The position numbers and the translations under genes are program-made. Positions 1 to 9,955 of a stretch of DNA of 64,000 bases are shown here, piece by piece. The notes beneath the pieces were generated by a model. That model ran no database searches. It was not told the origin of the DNA and saw nothing but the letters and a program-made list of their open reading frames with translations. Location of the stretch: the IMG/VR virus record IMGVR_UViG_2974613666_000001, positions 1-64,000 of that record. One strand, written 5' to 3'. Numbering within the stretch: position 1 is the first letter of the stretch; each line of letters begins with the position of its first letter. The DNA comes from a virus (taxonomy: Duplodnaviria > Caudoviricetes).

Positions 1-758
1 CTACCCAGGGTGATCGCTCTTATCCCATTTCTGAGATGTTTTGTAGGCTGTTTGGAACTTGTCACCACAGCCAAGGCTTGTTTTCCGGTTCAAGTCAGTC
101 TGCAAAAAGATGGCCGTCGATTCGCTTCATTTCTCAAACTTTCCAACTTTTGTGAATTGACCCTCACCAAGGCTTGCTTCTGTTTTCCAAATTGCTCCAC
201 TTAGCTGGCCGGCTTCATTTTGCTTTTCGTACTAGCTTTCAGCATTTCAGCTTTATTACCAAGTAGTGCTTATCCTCTTTCCCTTTTTTTCAGTAGAGAG
301 CGCTGTTCTGTTCTTGTTATGTAAAGGCGCTGAACCCGGTTCTTTTATTGCTTCTCGGTGAACCTTACCCCCAGCAGTTTGGGATATTCATTACTCTTGT
401 CCCCACCCGTTATACACAGGAAACGGTGTTAATCCCTGCACTTGCTCCAGAGGGTCTTTCCGATTAAGGCGACTAGTCTGAAGTAGTTGCTGGTTTATGG
501 CTCTAAAGCCCCTGCCAACCGTCAGAGTAGTATATCTCATCCAGCATTCTGAAAGCCGCAGCTTAAAGCGCTTAATTACCAAGAGAGTGGCGTTAGGTTT
601 GAAGGGTCTGCTTGAGTCTTCGCCACCTACGGCATATCTGAAATCGCTCACTCGGAGGGTACTTAATTTCCACCTCTGCCACTCACTTATCAGATACAGC
701 TAATATAAATCATTTATTTTACTCTTGTCAACTGTTTTACTTGAATTTCTGATATTAT

Positions 759-1055
759 TTGAGATATAACGAGATGGTTGATATAGTAGCGCTCAGGAAA
801 GGACAGCCAAAACCCGGTTCAGAGATAATCCTAGACGATCGCGTGTCTCTCGACAGTCACCAGCCTGTTGATGCTGGTTTAGATCCACTCGCTGTTGAAT
901 GTCTGAAGCACTATTATGGTATAGGTACGTCGACATTGAGTTTACGTGGTGTGGGTGCAAAAGTAGGTAGAAGCCATGAGCGAGTGAGCCAGATAATTGC
1001 TAACGCGATCACCAAATACAAAGAGTATATAATTTTACAAAGTTTGGAATTATGA
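759..1055 (+). CDS. Small sigma-70 region-4-like HTH protein (copy 1 of 3; start may be ATG 774)
   Basis: CLKHYYGIG...LSLRGVGAKVGRSHERVSQII matches the sigma r4 pattern L..R(F/Y)G....TL.E(V/I)G......RERV.QI. Confidence 0.65.
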   Translation: MRYNEMVDIVALRKGQPKPGSEIILDDRVSLDSHQPVDAGLDPLAVECLKHYYGIGTSTLSLRGVGAKVGRSHERVSQIIANAITKYKEYIILQSLEL

Positions 1056-1330
1056 AATTAAAGTCTGGACATAATATCATTTTCCATCCTGATCTAACAC
1101 CTAGAATAATTGCTCAGGTCGTAGGTGAGGATATTTGGTTGTGTCTGAAATATTATTATGGGGTTGGTACTGTAGCATTACCATCAAGGTTAATAAGTGA
1201 GAAGTTGGATATTGCCCAGGTTACAGTAGTCAGACGTGTTGGTAAAGGTTTGCTGACTTTAAAAAATTATTTGCAGTCATTAGAAAAGTTGAGGACATAT
1301 AGTAGTGATAAAACAAAAAGCAGGGTTTGA
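1052..1330 (+). CDS. Small sigma-70 region-4-like HTH protein (copy 2)
   Basis: CLKYYYGVG..ALPSRLISEKLDIAQVTVVRRV; paralogous to neighbours; ATGA-coupled to the upstream gene. Confidence 0.6.
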   Translation: MKLKSGHNIIFHPDLTPRIIAQVVGEDIWLCLKYYYGVGTVALPSRLISEKLDIAQVTVVRRVGKGLLTLKNYLQSLEKLRTYSSDKTKSRV

Positions 1331-1511
1331 GACTATTTTCGATCCTCGCGTTCAACTCACACCACAATTAGCTTTTGCATTAGGGATTGGCGATAATGCC
1401 CTGCAATCATTAATCCTTTACTATGGTGTAGGTTGTGAACCCTTATCAGCCAGGGCTACTGCTGAGAAATTAGGGATACGAGAAGACCAGGAGCGATCGC
1501 TCGTGTACTAA
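1305..1511 (+). CDS. Sigma-70 region-4-like HTH protein (copy 3, C-terminally truncated)
   Basis: SLILYYGVGCEPLSARATAEKLGI; homology stops at a HIP1 site at ~1493. Confidence 0.5.
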   Translation: MIKQKAGFETIFDPRVQLTPQLAFALGIGDNALQSLILYYGVGCEPLSARATAEKLGIREDQERSLVY

Positions 1512-1598
1512 TACATAAAATATATAAACCACAATCAAACAAAAAAGAACCCTGATAAGTAACTTATCAAGGTTCTTCATTTATTTAAGATTCGTGTG

Positions 1599-2231
1599 CT
1601 AATTCTGCGACCTTACCCATCCCAGTGTAGTGTTAGCAGCAATCCAGAAATTCTTACCAGTACACTCCATCCTTACCGCTTGCATGAATAATTCTGTATT
1701 CCATTCTTCCCTAGTAAATCCTTCTTGTTTAGGGCAACTATCTAGTCTATTTCTCAAATAATCTCGTACCTGCTTTTCTGTCGTGGGTACACCGTACTCT
1801 TTCATGTCCTCCATAGTTTTTACTTTAGAGAAGTTTCTCAGTATGTTCTCAATACAGGTAACTTTTTCTGGACTACCTTTTATGATTATTGGGCTTCCTT
1901 CCGTGGTCGGTGTAATATCTCCAGTTGTGTTATCAACTGTTGCACACACCTCTTGAGCATCCTTCTCAGCAGATTCTCGCATTTCTTCATACACCTGCTT
2001 GTCTATTTCTTCCCAGGCTAATTCCGTCAGCACTTTGACTTGGCTGTTAAGCTCTGCAACCTGAGAGAAAATCGAGCCTAGACCATTACTAGCGTCTTGT
2101 CCGTTTTCCAAAGCTAACAATTCTCTGGAAACAACCTTCTGCAATTCAAGTAAGGCTTTCGTGTATTGGCGTTTTTTAATGGTTAGAATCTCTTGAGCGT
2201 TCATCTGTTTTACCTTCTCTCTGTGGTTCAT
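1599..2231 (-). CDS. Hypothetical phage protein (coiled-coil N-terminus)
   Basis: 210-aa ORF ending next to a bidirectional hairpin at ~1546-1577. Confidence 0.55.
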   Translation of the reverse strand: MNHREKVKQMNAQEILTIKKRQYTKALLELQKVVSRELLALENGQDASNGLGSIFSQVAELNSQVKVLTELAWEEIDKQVYEEMRESAEKDAQEVCATVDNTTGDITPTTEGSPIIIKGSPEKVTCIENILRNFSKVKTMEDMKEYGVPTTEKQVRDYLRNRLDSCPKQEGFTREEWNTELFMQAVRMECTGKNFWIAANTTLGWVRSQN

Positions 2232-2493
2232 ATAACTACTATCTCAAATCTACAATAATGCGACAACCGTAATTCTACTGAATTTAATCATACACCATAC
2301 ATCAGTAATCTGAATACCAATAATCTAACCATTACTTAAATTCTCCCTCAACCCAATCAATACAATCCCCTACACACGATCGCCCCTCAGCCTTTACTAA
2401 CCTTCGCCTACTACGTGATTTATACCTGTGGTGAATCTTTACATCAAAATTGCACTGATGTACACACTTATTGAATCTGTTGCCTTTCATCGC

Positions 2494-2985
2494 CTAGAAC
2501 CTCTCGCCGTACCTATCAATCAGATCGTAGAACTCGCCCGGCTCACCAGCCTCAAACTTAACAGGTCTTACCCCAGCACACAATTCCAGCATTAACCCCT
2601 TAAGTAAAATCTTGAGGCACATTTGAGAACTACCCGCTTGCAGCGAAACCTTTGGAAACTTTATTACCCTTCTACCAGCCTGCAATGAGTAGAACAGGTC
2701 ATCAATATTTTGACGCTCTATCTCATTTTCTTTCTCAAAATTCAACTCCCCTCGGACGATCGCGCCTAAGACAGCTTTCAAAGGCTCATGAATGTTACAC
2801 CACACAGGTAGCTTATACCCTCTCAATACTGCTGCAACTTGATCTACTGGTGCATTAGTGAAAGATTGTTCACTGTGAATAACTAAGGTGCGATCGCTTG
2901 TCACCCCTCCTACGAGTATATGGCTTGATCTAAATGAGTAATAGCAGGCGATGATTTCTTTAGTAAAATTTGTAGGATTAAGCAT
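2494..2985 (-). CDS. Hypothetical protein
   Basis: 163-aa ORF co-oriented with the terminase genes. Confidence 0.5.
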   Translation of the reverse strand: MLNPTNFTKEIIACYYSFRSSHILVGGVTSDRTLVIHSEQSFTNAPVDQVAAVLRGYKLPVWCNIHEPLKAVLGAIVRGELNFEKENEIERQNIDDLFYSLQAGRRVIKFPKVSLQAGSSQMCLKILLKGLMLELCAGVRPVKFEAGEPGEFYDLIDRYGERF

Positions 2986-3332
2986 TTTTTCTAAAAGTTC
3001 CTATATATTGCTGTGGTAGCAGTACCTCGTAAGTTCTACAGTGTGGGTTTAGAATCACTATTATTCCCGGTACTTTCTTTCCTTTATCGTCTAGTGTGTT
3101 GAACGGCATCCAATCATTCACCTGATTAAATACCTTGGTATAAACATCTTGCACAAATTTATCCCATGTTGTTTTACTACCATTCTACCGTGCTTAGGTA
3201 GTGGTCATTGGTGATATGTTTCATAGTCATGAAAAAACTACTTAAAATAATTAAGTAGTTTTTCTGGTTATTTATTTTTGCATAGGCTAATCACTATTGA
3301 CCTTTAAGTGTTGCTCTATATAGTTTCTATCC

Positions 3333-3683
3333 TGCCCCAACGGAGTGTTGATTAAAGACTTAGGTAGCGGTTTGAATTACAAGAAGAAAGGACTTACCCA
3401 ACTCATATCTTTACTAGTTCAAGGAAATATAGCAGAACTGGTAATTACTTATAAGGATCGATTACTAAGATTTGGGAGTTAGTTAATCTTTGCATTTTGT
3501 GAACAGTATGGAACTAAGGCTACGATCCTGAACCAACCTACAGACTGCACTTTTGAACAAGAACTAGCGTCAGACGTGCTGGAAGTCATTACGGTCTTCT
3601 CTGCTAGATTATATGGATCTAGGAGTAGAAAAAATCTAAAGCTAATACAAGAACTACATAAAGTTACATCAGAAAATCTATAG
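3333..3683 (+). pseudogene. tnpA: IS607-family serine-recombinase TnpA remnant (5'-truncated, internal TAG at 3480)
   Basis: Manual translation: IKDLGSGLNYKKKGL...TYKDRLLRFGS*LIF...EQELASDVLEVITVFSARLYGSRS, the IS607 TnpA motifs. Confidence 0.9.
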
Positions 3684-3747
3684 AACTGACTATCAATATG
3701 TAAAAATCTAGTGTATAATTAGTGTAAGGTCGAAAAACACTAAATTT

Positions 3748-4971
3748 ATGCAATTAGTAGAGAAGCACGTAATTAGGAAAAACCATATATTCTGGAAAGA
3801 GTGTGACCACTTATCTTTGCAGTCTAAGCACCTCTATAATTCTGCTACCTACATACAACGTCACTACTTCTTTGAAACAGGTAAGTATTATAACTCGATT
3901 GATGTTTACCATCAAACCAAAGATTTAGAAGCCTACAGATACCTACCTACAAAAGTTAGTAAACAGATTGTCCGTAGGGTTTCAGAAGCTTGGAAAGGTT
4001 GGCAGGCTGCTTTAAGAGATTGGTTTAAGCATCCTGAGAAGTATTTAAGTAAGCCGAAAATGCCTGGGTATAAGCACAAGGAACGTGGTAGAAACGTTGT
4101 AGTATACCCTATAGATTCTCTATCAAAACCAGCTTTAACCAAAGGTACTATCAAACTTTCTCAGACTAATATTGAGTTTCCCACTAAGGCTAGAAACATA
4201 AATCAAGCACGTATCGTTCCGAAGCTCGATCACTACGTTATTGAGGTTGTCTATACAGTAGATGATCCTGTATCTAGTACAGGTAAATACTCTGCTGGAA
4301 TAGACCTTGGCTTAAGCAATTTAATGGCTATAACATCAAATCATCCCGGTATAAGACCGCTTTTGATTAATGGTAGACCTTTAAAAAGTATTAACCAATT
4401 TTTCAATAAAAGAGTGGCTAAAGCACAATCCTTAGAAGCCTCGAAACAAGTTAAAGCACTTAATGGTAAGCGTGACAGAAGAATTGATAATTATCTCCAT
4501 ACTGCCAGTCGTAGAGTCGTTGATTGGTGTCAGTTAAATGAGATAAGTCAGTTGATAATCGGCAATAATGCAGGCTGGAAACAAGATATCAACATTGGTA
4601 AGAATAATAATCAATCCTTCACCAAAATTCCTCATGCTAAATTGATTCATCTTTTAACTTACAAAGCGGAGTTATCCGGTATTGAGGTTATAGTTACTGA
4701 GGAAAGCTATACTTCTAAGGCAAGTGCTTTAGATAACGATCCCTTACCAACTTATAAAGCTAAATCAGAATTTAAGCCTGTGTTTAGTGGTAAGAGGGTT
4801 AAAAGAAGGTTGTATAAAACTTCAGCAGGTCAGATCATTAACGCTGATACTAATGGAAGTTTGAATATAGCTAGAAAAGTAATTCCTAACTTTATGGAAG
4901 GAATAGAGGGATTGCCGTTTATCCCTGTAGTTTTAGGACTTTGGACTAAGATTACAAACTTAAATCACTAG
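3748..4971 (+). CDS. tnpB: IS607-associated TnpB RNA-guided nuclease
   Basis: MQLVEKHVI start, GIDLG (RuvC-I), EESYTSKAS, INADTNGS; directly follows the tnpA remnant. Confidence 0.92.
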   Translation: MQLVEKHVIRKNHIFWKECDHLSLQSKHLYNSATYIQRHYFFETGKYYNSIDVYHQTKDLEAYRYLPTKVSKQIVRRVSEAWKGWQAALRDWFKHPEKYLSKPKMPGYKHKERGRNVVVYPIDSLSKPALTKGTIKLSQTNIEFPTKARNINQARIVPKLDHYVIEVVYTVDDPVSSTGKYSAGIDLGLSNLMAITSNHPGIRPLLINGRPLKSINQFFNKRVAKAQSLEASKQVKALNGKRDRRIDNYLHTASRRVVDWCQLNEISQLIIGNNAGWKQDINIGKNNNQSFTKIPHAKLIHLLTYKAELSGIEVIVTEESYTSKASALDNDPLPTYKAKSEFKPVFSGKRVKRRLYKTSAGQIINADTNGSLNIARKVIPNFMEGIEGLPFIPVVLGLWTKITNLNH

Positions 4972-6589
4972 ATTTATTTAGTTTTTTATGAACGGTTTGA
5001 TCAAGTGCCTTTGGATTACTGCATTTAACCAAAATATCCTTGCGTACGTCACCACCGTCAATCATATCTACCTCTACATCTTCACTACCCACGTCAGGAA
5101 TAGTTGATAAATCCCAGCCACCCTCATACTTATCAGCCACACTCACACCAAAAGCTAATGCCATAACCGTATCATCATTTTTACCATTGGCAGCTTCCAA
5201 TTTCTTACCTTGCCTACGGAAGTTTAATAATTCATCCACAATAGGACAATCTTCTGGGAAGTCTAATTCTTGTTTCTCCAACTTCAACAACAGTCCAGAA
5301 ACCAGGACAGGTTTAGTGTCACCACCAGTTCTAATTGCTGTAATATCTAAACCTGGATACTCCTGAGTCAATTTCTCTAAATAAAGTTGACCTACTCCAC
5401 CCGTGGTTTCAATTCCCACAACAGCAGGTTTATACTTATCGATTAACTCGCCTACCTGATATAGATGATACTCTGATGTCTGTTGACGCTTCCTATATAA
5501 TGCAACAACTGATAATTTTTTACCAACCCTTTTCAATACAACAGCTACAAAATAATCAGATCCAATAGTGGAAGTATCAATACCAATAAAATAATCAGCC
5601 CCAATATCACGCGCATCTTCCCAACAACCGATCGCAGCTTCCCGCACTACACTACTCAGGAATATCGAAACAGCACTATCAACAAACTCAAGATTATATT
5701 CCCGCAGCACAGTTTCCCTATCTGTACCATCTTGCTTCATCCTGTATTCTAGATAATCGTCGCGCTGTGAATATACAGGGTGACAAGTCCAATGCAGAAT
5801 TAATTTAACCGTGCCAATTTCATCTACCCACCAGTAAACACCGGGAATATCTTTATACAGTTCACCGTTGGCGACAGCTTTGCATAGCTGCTCAACATCT
5901 TTATCCCCGTTGTTTTCAGTCAACTTTGACCAGTACCAACCTGATTTAGCAGAAGGTGTGGATACTATCAACTTAGTGATACTGTCCCCAGCCAACGCAC
6001 CTGATGGTGACGATGCACTAAAAATCTGGTCGATACCTTCAACGAATGCAGCTTCATCAAATAGGAAGTCTAAAACGGAATCATACGATCTAGAACCTTC
6101 CTTACTTGAGTTCTTAAAGTAAATTTCCCCCAGACCCTTTAGCTTGAGGTGTCCTACGTTATCATTACTTGGTTGAACGTACTCTTTCAGACCTTCAAGC
6201 ATTTGTCTAGCACGACGGGATAATGCACCAGCATCATCGGCATTTCTCATAAACGCCATACTTGAGTAAGCCGGATTTAGGCAAGCGCGATGTAAGAATT
6301 TGGATGCGATCGCTTGTGTCGTTCCCAACTGTCTGGATTTTACGATAACCACGTTATTGTACTGATCCATCAGGCGACTGAGTAGAACCTGATAGTCATA
6401 GGGGATGAATTGTTTCATCTCACCACCAGACCTGATAGTACAGAGATTTACAAAATTATCCCAATTACTAGGTACTGGTTTGGTGATGATGCTGCGGTTG
6501 TCTATGTCCTTCTTGAACTGTTCTAGTTGTTGAAAGACATCACTAATTTCAAACCTAAAATCTGACCCGTAGTTACTCAGTTTTCCCAT
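4952..6589 (-). CDS. terL: Terminase large subunit
   Basis: KSRQLGTT Walker A, FLFDEAAF Walker B, IVSTP, nuclease GIDTS and NDDTVMA; ATG 6589 preferred over TTG 6607. Confidence 0.92.
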   Translation of the reverse strand: MGKLSNYGSDFRFEISDVFQQLEQFKKDIDNRSIITKPVPSNWDNFVNLCTIRSGGEMKQFIPYDYQVLLSRLMDQYNNVVIVKSRQLGTTQAIASKFLHRACLNPAYSSMAFMRNADDAGALSRRARQMLEGLKEYVQPSNDNVGHLKLKGLGEIYFKNSSKEGSRSYDSVLDFLFDEAAFVEGIDQIFSASSPSGALAGDSITKLIVSTPSAKSGWYWSKLTENNGDKDVEQLCKAVANGELYKDIPGVYWWVDEIGTVKLILHWTCHPVYSQRDDYLEYRMKQDGTDRETVLREYNLEFVDSAVSIFLSSVVREAAIGCWEDARDIGADYFIGIDTSTIGSDYFVAVVLKRVGKKLSVVALYRKRQQTSEYHLYQVGELIDKYKPAVVGIETTGGVGQLYLEKLTQEYPGLDITAIRTGGDTKPVLVSGLLLKLEKQELDFPEDCPIVDELLNFRRQGKKLEAANGKNDDTVMALAFGVSVADKYEGGWDLSTIPDVGSEDVEVDMIDGGDVRKDILVKCSNPKALDQTVHKKLNKSSDLSL

Positions 6590-6731
6590 CAGTCTCGCCA
6601 GATTCAATACGAGTTAACTTTTCGCCAAGGTTATTAAAGGTTCTGTCTTGCGCTGCGTCGAGCGATCGTCCTTGCAGCTTCACCTGGTTATTTTTTAGGT
6701 AGGCTATGAACTTATTTATGGTGTCCCTCAT
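6573..6731 (-). CDS. 52-aa hypothetical protein between terS and terL
   Basis: MRDTINKFIAYLKNNQVKLQGRSLDAAQDRTFNNLGEKLTRIESGETDGKTE; ATGA-coupled to the upstream stop and overlapping the terL start. Confidence 0.55.
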   Translation of the reverse strand: MRDTINKFIAYLKNNQVKLQGRSLDAAQDRTFNNLGEKLTRIESGETDGKTE

Positions 6732-7249
6732 TCACTCACCTCAGCAGGTACTGTGATAGCAGCATAGTTGCCGAAACCACCAAGTTTTTGAATTTCTTCC
6801 ATACTTTTTTGTAACTTAGCAAGCCCTAGCACTTGATCATTGAGGCTGATTGCTTTTTCAGCTACTTCTGCTGACATCTTGGCAAATTGAGCTTTTTGCA
6901 TTGGAGATAATGCTTCAATTTCGTCATCAGTAATTGTAGTTATTGCTGAATGAGATTTACCCAGCATCTCAATTGAGAGATCCATCAGCACGTTACGCAG
7001 TTCTCGCGTCTTCTCTCGGCTGTATTGGATATCTTCAAATATGTTCTGCTGCGTGGCTTGTTGAATACTTGCCATATAGTTTTTACGGCAAGTATCAACT
7101 TGATCAACAAACTCTTGACGTTTAAATAATCCTTCTAACCATCCCTTAGATTTACCAAAATGTCTAATTACTTCCTCACGGCTTCTACCACGGGCGATCA
7201 TGTCAGCCGCCTGGAGGTCAATAAGTTCTAAATGTATCTTTTTAGGCAT
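6728..7249 (-). CDS. Putative terminase small subunit
   Basis: N-terminal HTH (ARGRSREEVIRHFGKSKGWL) plus helical body, upstream of terL. Confidence 0.6.
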   Translation of the reverse strand: MPKKIHLELIDLQAADMIARGRSREEVIRHFGKSKGWLEGLFKRQEFVDQVDTCRKNYMASIQQATQQNIFEDIQYSREKTRELRNVLMDLSIEMLGKSHSAITTITDDEIEALSPMQKAQFAKMSAEVAEKAISLNDQVLGLAKLQKSMEEIQKLGGFGNYAAITVPAEVSE

Positions 7250-7347
7250 TTTATCTATATCAGTGTAATATTACTTATTCTATCAAATTACGCACTATAT
7301 AACTATGTAGTTATAGCTATAATTGAGATATTCTACTCAAAATAAAT

Positions 7348-8757
7348 ATGCAAGTTTTTAATATAGCCACGCTTTTCAACAACCTGAATCATTACGTCGC
7401 AGCGCGATCGCCCCTAGAGTTTGATGAGGGTAACGAGTTATTATCTAGCGTTGAAAAGCTTACAGAGTTAGCTATCCAAGGTTATGAACAACCAATTAGA
7501 GACATACTTCAGACTAGATATGCTGGTAAAATATCTGGTTTTAACCGGATTACAGTAGGTGAGAAGAGTGTGAGTGGTGAGTTCTATGATATGTACTCGC
7601 CTTTCCGCACCACTCGCAACACATTTTATATTTCTCCCACAAGAATTGATATTAATGTGATTGGTGGGAGTATGCCAGTTTACTCTGAAGTAGACTTCGC
7701 CGCAGCCGTAAGCAAAACCTGTGGTGATGGGAAAAAACCATGTAAGGTTAAGCGTGGATCAACAGAGTATTTCCGTTGTGTACCTAAAACTTGGAAACGT
7801 GCTGATGAAAAAGCAGCTTTAAAGGGTGCTATTAAGGAAGAAACCAAACGAGCTAAATCAACAGGTAGCTCTAAGCCGTCACCTAAAGAAGCCAAAGTAA
7901 TCGAAGGGATTATTGCTAAGAGAATTGAAGCACAGCAGGAAGGTACTCGGAAGTCTAAAAATAAATATGGGGTTAAGCCAGACGCTACGGCTAAGAAACA
8001 GGCTAAACCAGAGCAGAGATCATTGTTGGAGGGTATGTTCCCACAGTCGCGTAATGTTCCAGGTGCTGATAAGTTGAATGATGCTTTGGGTGAGATTAAT
8101 TCTAGACCTAGCAAAGTAGCCGAGTTAGCAGGTAAGCAAAGCACCAAGCGCAAAAAAGAGCGCAAAGGTAAATCTGATAAAGTTACTGACCTGTTTCAGA
8201 GAAAACTTGAGGAAGGCGATATTGTAGGGGCGATCGACCAAAGTCTACTTTTAGCTGATCAAGGTAAGAAAATAGCTAAAGAAGGCTTAGATAATATTCG
8301 CCGTAATCAGCAGGAAATAGATCAGGAGGTTGAAGACGCTTTAAAACGGTTCCCTAAGTTAGGTGATGATAAACCCGCAACACCCACACCTGATATTAAA
8401 GAACAAATAAATAACTCATTCAAAACCAAAGGCGAAAGGCTAGTTAATCAATCTCTGAACATACTTCTAGACAGGGGCAAGTTTAATCTCAATGACCCCT
8501 CTCAGTTAAAAATACTGGACGACGCAAGAGCTAAGGTTGAGGAACACGCAGAAGCTACGAAGTCCTATTTAGACAAGATTAAGGGTGTTGAAGGTTTAGC
8601 TGCTGAGTCTAGGAGAGAAAAGAAACAAAAGAGACTAGATGTTATCAATTCAGTCTTAAAGCAGTACGATGAGTCGGCAAAACCCAGTAAAGATAAGCAG
8701 AACTTATCTAACTACACCAAATCATCAGAAACTATAAACAGGGTAGCCGAAAGCTAA
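7348..8757 (+). CDS. LFxNL-leader family protein 1 (putative head-packaged protein)
   Basis: IATLFNNLNHY leader, shared N-domain, YSEVDF, Cys knuckle CGDGKKPC..C, Lys-rich C-terminus. Confidence 0.75.
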   Translation: MQVFNIATLFNNLNHYVAARSPLEFDEGNELLSSVEKLTELAIQGYEQPIRDILQTRYAGKISGFNRITVGEKSVSGEFYDMYSPFRTTRNTFYISPTRIDINVIGGSMPVYSEVDFAAAVSKTCGDGKKPCKVKRGSTEYFRCVPKTWKRADEKAALKGAIKEETKRAKSTGSSKPSPKEAKVIEGIIAKRIEAQQEGTRKSKNKYGVKPDATAKKQAKPEQRSLLEGMFPQSRNVPGADKLNDALGEINSRPSKVAELAGKQSTKRKKERKGKSDKVTDLFQRKLEEGDIVGAIDQSLLLADQGKKIAKEGLDNIRRNQQEIDQEVEDALKRFPKLGDDKPATPTPDIKEQINNSFKTKGERLVNQSLNILLDRGKFNLNDPSQLKILDDARAKVEEHAEATKSYLDKIKGVEGLAAESRREKKQKRLDVINSVLKQYDESAKPSKDKQNLSNYTKSSETINRVAES

Positions 8758-8875
8758 AATTCCATTTGTTGCTGTTGTCATATCTTTTATTAGTTGTACT
8801 GATTATTTACAAGGTAGACGGTGAAAACTCCTAGCCCATAAAAGACTAGGAGTTTGATTCACTTAATTATGGGCT

Positions 8876-9647
8876 TTAACGCTTCTCTGGTAGTGTTGGC
8901 TTGATACCAAAAAATGTACAGTAACGTTCTACTGCTTCTATAGGCTCAATGTCTTGGTTATCGATTAAAGAGCAGATTGCATTCTCAGCAGCGTCTATTT
9001 TCTTCAGACATTTAGCTGTCAAGTTATCACGGGATTTATTGCGTTCACAGCCTAACTTAGCCTCTAGGGCTACTGCTTCCATACCAAACACGCTTAAATA
9101 CATCATGTTAGTAGCTCTCGCATAAACCCATTTTCTTGTAGTTATCAGACACGTTAGGGTGACGGAGTAGGTAATCTTTGATTGCATCTGTAAGCTCTCG
9201 TCTTGTGCCAATTCCTTTACTCCTAATGTCATCCCATAGCTTTTGTAACTTTTCTTGTGCTTCTAATGCTTCAGAGGTTAAGGCTTTAAACTCACCATTT
9301 ATAATCCTCATCAGCGCATCAGTAGCCCAAAGAGCGAAGTCGTCAGACAACCATATTGCTAGGTGTATAGCTACTTTAAAATGAACCCAAGTACCTTGTA
9401 AGTTCTTATCGTTACCACCTTCGATACTAATCGTGGCCGGTCTTCCGATCAGAAGTGCGGTAGAAACGCTACTAGCAAAGGATTTAGAAGATTTTAGTTT
9501 CCAATAGTTAGACCAAGTTTTCCCGTTAACCTTACACATTGCCGTAGCATTCACCCAACCTTTAGGGATTAAGTGGCCAGCAATCATTGTGTCTTCAGAA
9601 GTCTGATTGATTTGGATTCCATCGAAATTGTGTGCAATAATAGTCAT
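8876..9647 (-). pseudogene. KilA-N domain protein with a 1-nt frameshift near 9131
   Basis: WVNATAMCK...GTWVHFKVAIHLAIW (KilA-N); reading continues as KWVYARATN... in the overlapping frame after aagaaaatgg. Confidence 0.8.
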
Positions 9648-9955
9648 GTGACCTAGATTCCTTAAATTAGTTAGGTGACACCAGCGATAAGTAACAACAC
9701 GGGACGCTTCGACCCGTTCCGTGATTGTGCTGGTTTATACCATCATATCATTTGTTTTAATTATTTTACCTACCTGTGGTTGTGCCATAAGCGATACTTA
9801 ACATAAGCATCTCAATCACCCATAACTATGAACAGTAGTGACACAGCACACAATGACGATCGCACCTAACACCTAGATATAACCGCATAGTCATACATTT
9901 ATACAGTCATATCGCCTACAATGAAATAATTGAAACATATTATTTAAATTCTGAT

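Larger units (their letters stand above)
3333..5030 (+). mobile_element. Non-autonomous IS607-family element (ends approximate)
   Basis: tnpA pseudogene followed by tnpB in tandem. Confidence 0.75.

Noticed and set aside
1-703. Short ORFs and two CCAAGGCTTG copies near the window start (possible terminus or origin)
   Set aside because: Too little signal and no recognisable products
2494-2985. Degenerate duplicate of the terminase nuclease domain
   Set aside because: Only vague similarity (L...L.....I.FP) and no catalytic acidic motifs; cannot be supported without HHpred
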